A stretch of DNA of 31,592 nt from Pseudomonadota bacterium (lineage in GTDB: Bacteria; Pseudomonadota; Gammaproteobacteria; Burkholderiales; Rhodocyclaceae). The DNA is taken from NCBI GenBank assembly GCA_041158545.1, contig JBEBBF010000234.1, forward strand, positions 1 through 31,592. The letters run 5' to 3'. Every line of letters begins with the position of its first letter. Position 1 is the stretch's first letter. Below, in pieces: positions 26,659 through 31,592 of the stretch. A program made the position numbers and the translations under genes. A model generated the notes under the pieces. The model did not search any database. It saw nothing but the letters and a program-made list of their open reading frames with translations, and was not told the DNA's origin.

Positions 26659-27722
26659 GGCTTCGCGGCGTTACGCAGGCTGACGGCGGCGCCGTCACTG
26701 AGGAAACCGGCACCGTCGAGGGCCAGGGTTTCGCTGCCGGCCAGGCCTTCGAGGATCTCGATCCGGCCGTCGGCCTTGCTGCCGACCCGGACCGGACGCT
26801 GCAGCGCCTTGCCATCGACGATCTGATAGACCACCCGTCCGGCGGGGCGCAGCACCACCGCCTGCTCCGGCACCGTCACCGCATCCGGGCGGTTGCCGAC
26901 TTCCACCTGGGCATCGACCGACGCGCCGGCACGCAGCGGGCTGTTGGCGGGCAGCCGGACCAGCAGGTCGAGGGCGCGGCTCCCTTCGCTGAGGCCGGGG
27001 CGCAGGGCTTCGACTTCCGCTTCGATCAGGGTTTCCGGCGCCAGCGGGCTGCGCAGGCGCACCTTCTGGCCGGGGCGCAGCCGCGGTGCGGCACTTTCCG
27101 GGAAGGGGAGATGGGCGCGCAGCTGGCTGCTGCCGAGCAGCCGGAACAGCGGGTCGCCGATCTTGACGTAATCGCCCGCGGCCACGCTCTGTTCCTCGAT
27201 CTGGCCGGCGTGTGGCGCCCGGACCAGGGCCTTGCCGCGGCTACGTTCCGACAGGCCGGCGCGGGCGCGGGCGGTGTCGAGCTGGGCGCGCAGCGCCTGG
27301 CGTTGGGCCTGGCTGTCGTCGAGGGCGTTGCGGGAGATGAATTGCTGGCGGACCAGTTCGTCCTGGCGGGCGAGCAGCTTGTCCTGCTGCGCCAGCAGGG
27401 CTTCGAGCCGGGCGACTTCGCCCTGGTCGGCCTGGTGCTGGCTGGCGTAGTCCCGCGGGTCGATCTCCGCCAGCACCTGCCCGGCGCGGACGCTCTGGCC
27501 GGCGCGGGCCAGCACCCGGATCACCTTGCCGGCGACTTCGGCGCCGATCCGCGGGTCCTGCAGGGCTTCCACCGTGCCCAGCGTCGTTTCGTAAATCTGC
27601 AGCGGGCCGCGGCTGGCCTGGGTGGTGGTGATCAGCGTGGCCGGCGGGCCGCTGCGCGGTGCTTCGGTCTTGCCGCAGGCGGCGAGCAGCAGAAACGCCA
27701 GGCTGGCGGCCGCGGCGCGCAT
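26655..27722 (-). CDS. RND periplasmic adaptor (membrane fusion protein), lipoprotein
   Basis: Lipobox LAAC, IGAEVAGKV, coiled-coil hairpin, VRAPHAGQI and GAGFLSDGAAV. Confidence 0.93.
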   Translation of the reverse strand: MRAAAASLAFLLLAACGKTEAPRSGPPATLITTTQASRGPLQIYETTLGTVEALQDPRIGAEVAGKVIRVLARAGQSVRAGQVLAEIDPRDYASQHQADQGEVARLEALLAQQDKLLARQDELVRQQFISRNALDDSQAQRQALRAQLDTARARAGLSERSRGKALVRAPHAGQIEEQSVAAGDYVKIGDPLFRLLGSSQLRAHLPFPESAAPRLRPGQKVRLRSPLAPETLIEAEVEALRPGLSEGSRALDLLVRLPANSPLRAGASVDAQVEVGNRPDAVTVPEQAVVLRPAGRVVYQIVDGKALQRPVRVGSKADGRIEILEGLAGSETLALDGAGFLSDGAAVSLRNAAKP

Positions 27723-28981
27723 CAGGGCAACCGGCTTTCGAGGGCGTACAGCTCGGCGACGGTTTCGCGACGGCGGACCAGATGGGTCTGGGTGCCATCG
27801 ACCATCACCTCGGCGGCGCGGGGGCGGGTGTTGTAGTTGGAACTCATCGCCATGCCGTAGGCGCCGGCGGACATCACCGCCAGCAGGTCGCCGGGGGCCA
27901 GGCAGAGTGCGCGGTCCTGGCCGAGGAAGTCGCCGGATTCGCAGACCGGGCCGACCACGTCATAGACCGTCGCGGCGCCGTCCCGCGGCCGCACCGGCAG
28001 GATGTCGTGCCAGGCTTCGTAGAGCGCCGGGCGCATCAGGTCATTCATCGCGGCGTCGATGATCGCGAAGTTCTTGGCTTCGCCGGCCTTGAGGAATTCG
28101 ACTTGGGTCAGCAGCAGGCCGGCGTTGCCCACCAGCCGGCGGCCGGGTTCGAGCACGACCTTGAGGCCGCGTCCCTGCAACTGGTCGAGCAGCGGCGTCA
28201 GGTAGCTGGCGACGGTCGGCTGGACCTGTTCGGCCTGGTACTGGATGCCGAGGCCGCCGCCGAGGTCGAGGTGATGAATCGCGATGCCTTCGGCCGCCAG
28301 TTGATCGACCAGCGCCAGCACCCGCTGCAGGGCTTCGACGAAGGGGGAGGGGTCGAGCAGTTGCGAGCCGATATGGCAGTCGATGCCGGTGATTTCGAGG
28401 TGCGGCAGCGCGGCGGCGCGGCGGTAGAGCGCCAGCGCGTCGTCGTAGGCGACGCCGAACTTCGCGGCCTTGAGGCCGGTGGAGATGTAGGGGTGGGTCT
28501 TGGGGTCCACGTTGGGGTTGACCCGCAGGCTGACCGGCGCCCGCTTGCCGAGACGGCCGGCAACGGCGTTGAGGCGGTCGAGTTCCGGGGCGGATTCGAC
28601 GTTGAAGCAGAAAATCCCGGCTTCCAGCGCTGCGGCCATTTCCGCTTCGCGCTTGCCGACGCCGGAGAAGACCACCTTGGCCGGGTCGGCGCCCGCGGCC
28701 AGCACCCGCTGCAATTCGCCGCCGGAGACGATGTCAAAGCCGGCGCCGAGGCGGGCGAACAGGTTGAGGATTGCGAGGTTGGAGTTGGCCTTGACCGCGT
28801 AACAGACCAGCGCACCGGCGCCAGCGGGGTGGGCGGCCAGCACGTCCTGGAATTCGGCCAGCGCGGCGGTCAGCGCGGCGCGGGAGTACACATAGGCGGG
28901 GGTGCCGAATTCGGCGGCAATCCGGCTCAGCGGGACGCCTTCGGCGTGGAGTTCCTGGTTCTGCAGGGTGAATGCGCTCAT
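27722..28981 (-). CDS. lysA: Diaminopimelate decarboxylase
   Basis: YAVKANSN (PLP lysine), HIGSQ, LDLGGG, EPGR, GPVCESGD and GAYGMAMSSNYN. Confidence 0.98.
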   Translation of the reverse strand: MSAFTLQNQELHAEGVPLSRIAAEFGTPAYVYSRAALTAALAEFQDVLAAHPAGAGALVCYAVKANSNLAILNLFARLGAGFDIVSGGELQRVLAAGADPAKVVFSGVGKREAEMAAALEAGIFCFNVESAPELDRLNAVAGRLGKRAPVSLRVNPNVDPKTHPYISTGLKAAKFGVAYDDALALYRRAAALPHLEITGIDCHIGSQLLDPSPFVEALQRVLALVDQLAAEGIAIHHLDLGGGLGIQYQAEQVQPTVASYLTPLLDQLQGRGLKVVLEPGRRLVGNAGLLLTQVEFLKAGEAKNFAIIDAAMNDLMRPALYEAWHDILPVRPRDGAATVYDVVGPVCESGDFLGQDRALCLAPGDLLAVMSAGAYGMAMSSNYNTRPRAAEVMVDGTQTHLVRRRETVAELYALESRLP

Positions 28982-29199
28982 CGGGTCGTTTCCTGGGCCG
29001 TGTTAGCATGGGTTGAGAGGTTGGCGGCTTTGTTCTTGGCCGCGCCGCTGCCAAGCAGCGGTTCCGGCGCCGGGCCGGGGGGATTGACCAGGGCACCGCG
29101 GGTGCCGCAGGCGACCAGGCTGAGGCTGCAGAGCAGCGCCAGGGCCAGCCGGGCTGTCCGACGCTTCGCGTCACGCGGGGGGGATGGACGGAATTTCAT
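28978..29199 (-). CDS. lptM: Small lipoprotein, LptM/YifL-like
   Basis: Lipobox LVAC then GTRGALVNPP (resembles CGxKGPLY); occupies the conserved position between cyaY and lysA with a 4-nt overlap into lysA. Start could be TTG 29202. Confidence 0.7.
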   Translation of the reverse strand: MKFRPSPPRDAKRRTARLALALLCSLSLVACGTRGALVNPPGPAPEPLLGSGAAKNKAANLSTHANTAQETTR

Positions 29200-29232
29200 C
29201 AATTAATGACGCGTGAGTCAGTAAGGCGAAGG

Positions 29233-29241
29233 ATGGTAGCA
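29233..29241 (-). promoter_or_regulatory. Extended -10 promoter candidate for the lptM-lysA-RND operon
   Basis: TG-C-TACCAT on the minus strand about 33 nt upstream of the lptM start, overlapping the cyaY ribosome-binding region. Confidence 0.45.
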
Positions 29242-29245
29242 CAGC

Positions 29246-29563
29246 ATGAATGAAAAGGAATTCAACGACCTGGCAACGGCGACGCTGGCGCGGATCGAAG
29301 CCGGGCTGGAGCAAAGCGGGGCTGATCTCGACTTTGAAATGCTGGCCGGGGGCATCCTCGAAGTCGAATTTGCCGATGGCAGCAAGATCATCATCAACCG
29401 GCACGGCGTGGCGAAGGAAATCTGGGTGGCGGCCCGCTCCGGCGGTTTCCATTTCCGCTACGACGGCGAAGTCTGGCGGGATAGCCGCGACGGCAGCGAG
29501 CTGATGGCAAAACTGGTGGGGCTGCTGAGCGCCCAGGCCGGGGAGCCGGTGGCGCTGGGCTAG
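29246..29563 (+). CDS. cyaY: Iron donor protein CyaY (frataxin homolog)
   Basis: MNEKEF, ADGSKIIINRH, EIWVAARSGGFHF and W.D.RDG. Confidence 0.97.
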   Translation: MNEKEFNDLATATLARIEAGLEQSGADLDFEMLAGGILEVEFADGSKIIINRHGVAKEIWVAARSGGFHFRYDGEVWRDSRDGSELMAKLVGLLSAQAGEPVALG

Positions 29564-29640
29564 TTTTTCTGCGCGGGGCCGGCGGCGATGGTTTGCCCGG
29601 CCAGCGCGTGGTGCGGCAGGCTGTACAGAAAGCGGCAAGA

Positions 29641-29691
29641 AAGCAGTAAAGAAAACGGCGCGGGGGATATGCCGCCGCGCCGTTGCTGCTT
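29641..29691 (-). terminator. Intrinsic terminator after mrcA
   Basis: 10-bp stem AACGGCGCGG (29654-29663) / CCGCGCCGTT (29675-29684), followed on the minus strand by TTCTTTACTGCTTTC. Confidence 0.7.
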
Positions 29692-29701
29692 GTGCCCCTA
29701 C

Positions 29702-31592
29702 TCAGTCGCTGGGCGGTTTGTCGAGGACCGGTTTCGGCGTCTCGAGCTCGGCTGCCGGGTCGGCCTCGCCTTCCTTGGGCAGGTTTTCGACGTAGAAATA
29801 TTCCTTGGTCTTGCCGTTGCCGACCGCGGCGAGGCCTTCCGGTTGCGGCGGGAAGCTTTCCGGGACGTCCTTCAGCGCCTGCTGCATGTAGCCGATCCAG
29901 ATCGGCAGCGCTGCCTGGCCGCCGGTTTCCTTGTCGCCCAGTTTCTTGGGCTGGTCGAAACCGATCCAGGCGCAGCCGGCGACGGTCTGCTGGTAGCCGC
30001 AGAACCAGGCATCCACGTATTCGTTGGTGGTGCCGGTCTTGCCGGCGAGGTCGCGGCGCTTCAGCTGGACCGAGGCCTTGGCGGCGGTGCCGTAGATCGT
30101 CACGTCGCGCAGCATGTTGTCCATCATGAAGGCGTTGCGGGCGTCGATGGCCCGGTTGGCTTCGTCGCCGGCGGGGACGCTGGCGCCCTGGGCCAGCAGT
30201 TGCCCCTTTTCGTCGCGAATCTCCTTGATGATGTACGGCGCGATGCGGTAGCCGCCGTTGGCGAAAATGGCGTAGGCGCTGACCATCTGCCAGGGGGTGA
30301 CCGAGCCGGCGCCCAGGGCCATGGTCAGGTAGGGCGGGTGCTTGTCGGCGTCGAAGCCGAAGCGGGTGGCGTAGTCCTGGGCGTATTGCGGGGTGATCGC
30401 CTGCAGGATGCGGATCGACACCATGTTCTTCGACTTGGCCAGCGCGGTGCGCAGCTTCATCGGGCCTTCGTATTTGCCGTCGTAGTTGTGCGGCGTCCAC
30501 TCGGTGCTGCCGGTCTGGCTGGCCGGGATGGTGATCGGCTCGTCCTCGATGACGCTGGATGGGGTGTAACGCTTTTCCAGGGCCGCGGAGTAGATGAAGG
30601 GTTTGAAGCTGGAGCCGGGCTGGCGCCAGGCCTGGGTGACGTGGTTGAACTTGTTGCGGTTGAAGTCGAAGCTGCCGACCAGCGCCCGGATGCCGCCATC
30701 CTGCGGGTTGACGGCGACGAAGGCGGATTCGACTTCCGGCAACTGGGTGATCTGCCAGCCACCCTTGTCGTCCTTCAGCAGGCGGATGATCGCGCCGCGG
30801 CGGACCCGTTTGTTGGGCGGCGCCTTGTCGTCGATCATCCGGTTGGCGAACTTGATGGCGTCGCCGCTGAGCGTGACGATGTCGCCACCGCGGCGGTAGG
30901 CGCGGACCTTGCCGGGTTCGGCGCCGAGGACGATGGCGGCCATCAGGTCGCCGGCGTCGCTGACGTCCTGGATCAGCTCTTCGAGGGTTTCGTCCTGGTC
31001 GGAGCTGACGTCCTTCATGTCTACATAGGATTCGGCGCCCCGGTAGCCGTGGCGGCGGTCGTAGTCAAAGACGGCGCGGCGCAGGCTCTGGTAGGCGGCT
31101 TCCTGTTCGGCCTTGACCAGCGTGGTGGTGACCCGGAGGCCACGGGTGTAGACCTCGTCAGGGAAGCGTTCGGCGGCGATCTGTCGGGCCATTTCGGCGA
31201 CGTGTTCGGCGTGGACGGTGAATTCGTTGGCGTCGCGCTTGACCACCAGGGTTTCCTTGCCGGCGGCTTCGTATTGCTCGTCGGTGATGTAGCCGAGCTC
31301 CTTCATCCGCCGCAGGACATATTGCTGGCGCAGCTTGGCCCGCTTGGGGTTGACCACCGGGTTGTAGGCGGAGGGGGCTTTCGGCAGGCCGGCGAGCATC
31401 GCGGCTTCGGCGATGGAAATCTTCTGCAGCGGCTTGCCGTAGTAGATCTGCGCGGCCGAGGCAAAGCCGTAGGCCCGTTGCCCCAAGTAGATCTGGTTCA
31501 TGTACAGCTCGAGAATCTGGTCCTTGCTCAGGTTGTGTTCGATCTTGAAGGACAGCAGGACTTCGTAGAACTTGCGGGTGTAGGTGCGCTCG
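29702..31592 (-). CDS. mrcA: Penicillin-binding protein 1A; 5' end runs off the window
   Basis: ELYMNQIYLG, AGLPKAPS, RQPGSSFKP, SKN, GKTGTTN. The frame stays open past the track's 31501 start to the window edge (...RKFYEVLLSFKIE...). Confidence 0.97.
   Translation of the reverse strand, partial: ERTYTRKFYEVLLSFKIEHNLSKDQILELYMNQIYLGQRAYGFASAAQIYYGKPLQKISIAEAAMLAGLPKAPSAYNPVVNPKRAKLRQQYVLRRMKELGYITDEQYEAAGKETLVVKRDANEFTVHAEHVAEMARQIAAERFPDEVYTRGLRVTTTLVKAEQEAAYQSLRRAVFDYDRRHGYRGAESYVDMKDVSSDQDETLEELIQDVSDAGDLMAAIVLGAEPGKVRAYRRGGDIVTLSGDAIKFANRMIDDKAPPNKRVRRGAIIRLLKDDKGGWQITQLPEVESAFVAVNPQDGGIRALVGSFDFNRNKFNHVTQAWRQPGSSFKPFIYSAALEKRYTPSSVIEDEPITIPASQTGSTEWTPHNYDGKYEGPMKLRTALAKSKNMVSIRILQAITPQYAQDYATRFGFDADKHPPYLTMALGAGSVTPWQMVSAYAIFANGGYRIAPYIIKEIRDEKGQLLAQGASVPAGDEANRAIDARNAFMMDNMLRDVTIYGTAAKASVQLKRRDLAGKTGTTNEYVDAWFCGYQQTVAGCAWIGFDQPKKLGDKETGGQAALPIWIGYMQQALKDVPESFPPQPEGLAAVGNGKTKEYFYVENLPKEGEADPAAELETPKPVLDKPPSD

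Noticed and set aside
5765-29206. Long antisense ORFs (5765-8041, 7944-9587, 11799-14063, 13822-15843, 19942-21390, 24247-26826, 27659-29206)
   Set aside because: Expected in high-GC DNA opposite strongly biased genes; the translations show mirror-codon composition and no recognisable domains.
1-31592. CRISPR arrays, tRNA/rRNA genes, REP families, frameshifted pseudogenes
   Set aside because: No spaced direct repeats, cloverleafs or recurring palindromes were found by eye; all recognised genes are near expected length apart from the two cut by window edges.

Overview
A GC-rich (about 65-70%) chromosomal segment, most consistent with a betaproteobacterium of the Rhodocyclales type. This is inferred from gene order and protein character, not from a database search. 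It is mostly core genome. In order: truncated btuB under a cobalamin riboswitch; zapB-zapA-6S RNA; a hypothetical Ca-binding protein; a TauE/SafE exporter; an enoyl-CoA hydratase divergent from yjcH-actP; a dCache-HAMP-GGDEF-EAL protein; nitrobindin-like, MaoC and HDOD genes; rlmI; a metal-uptake cassette (DUF2946-like leader, OM barrel, ZnuA/C/B-like ABC); a STAS-hslV-hslU-methyltransferase-AEC operon; a low-GC DUF4160/DUF2442 pair; an RND pump coupled to lysA and lptM; cyaY; and truncated mrcA. I saw no tRNA, rRNA, CRISPR array or IS element. There are three main leads. (1) The protein at 2771-3802 looks like a stand-alone FrpC-type Ca-dependent Asp-Pro self-processing module with no RTX repeats. 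(2) A CxxC leader ORF with a variant arrest motif (RQGAPP) and a terminator-like hairpin precedes the metal-uptake cassette. (3) A seamless toxin-antitoxin-like insertion caps the lptM-lysA-RND operon. All family assignments come from motif recognition by eye and need HMM confirmation.
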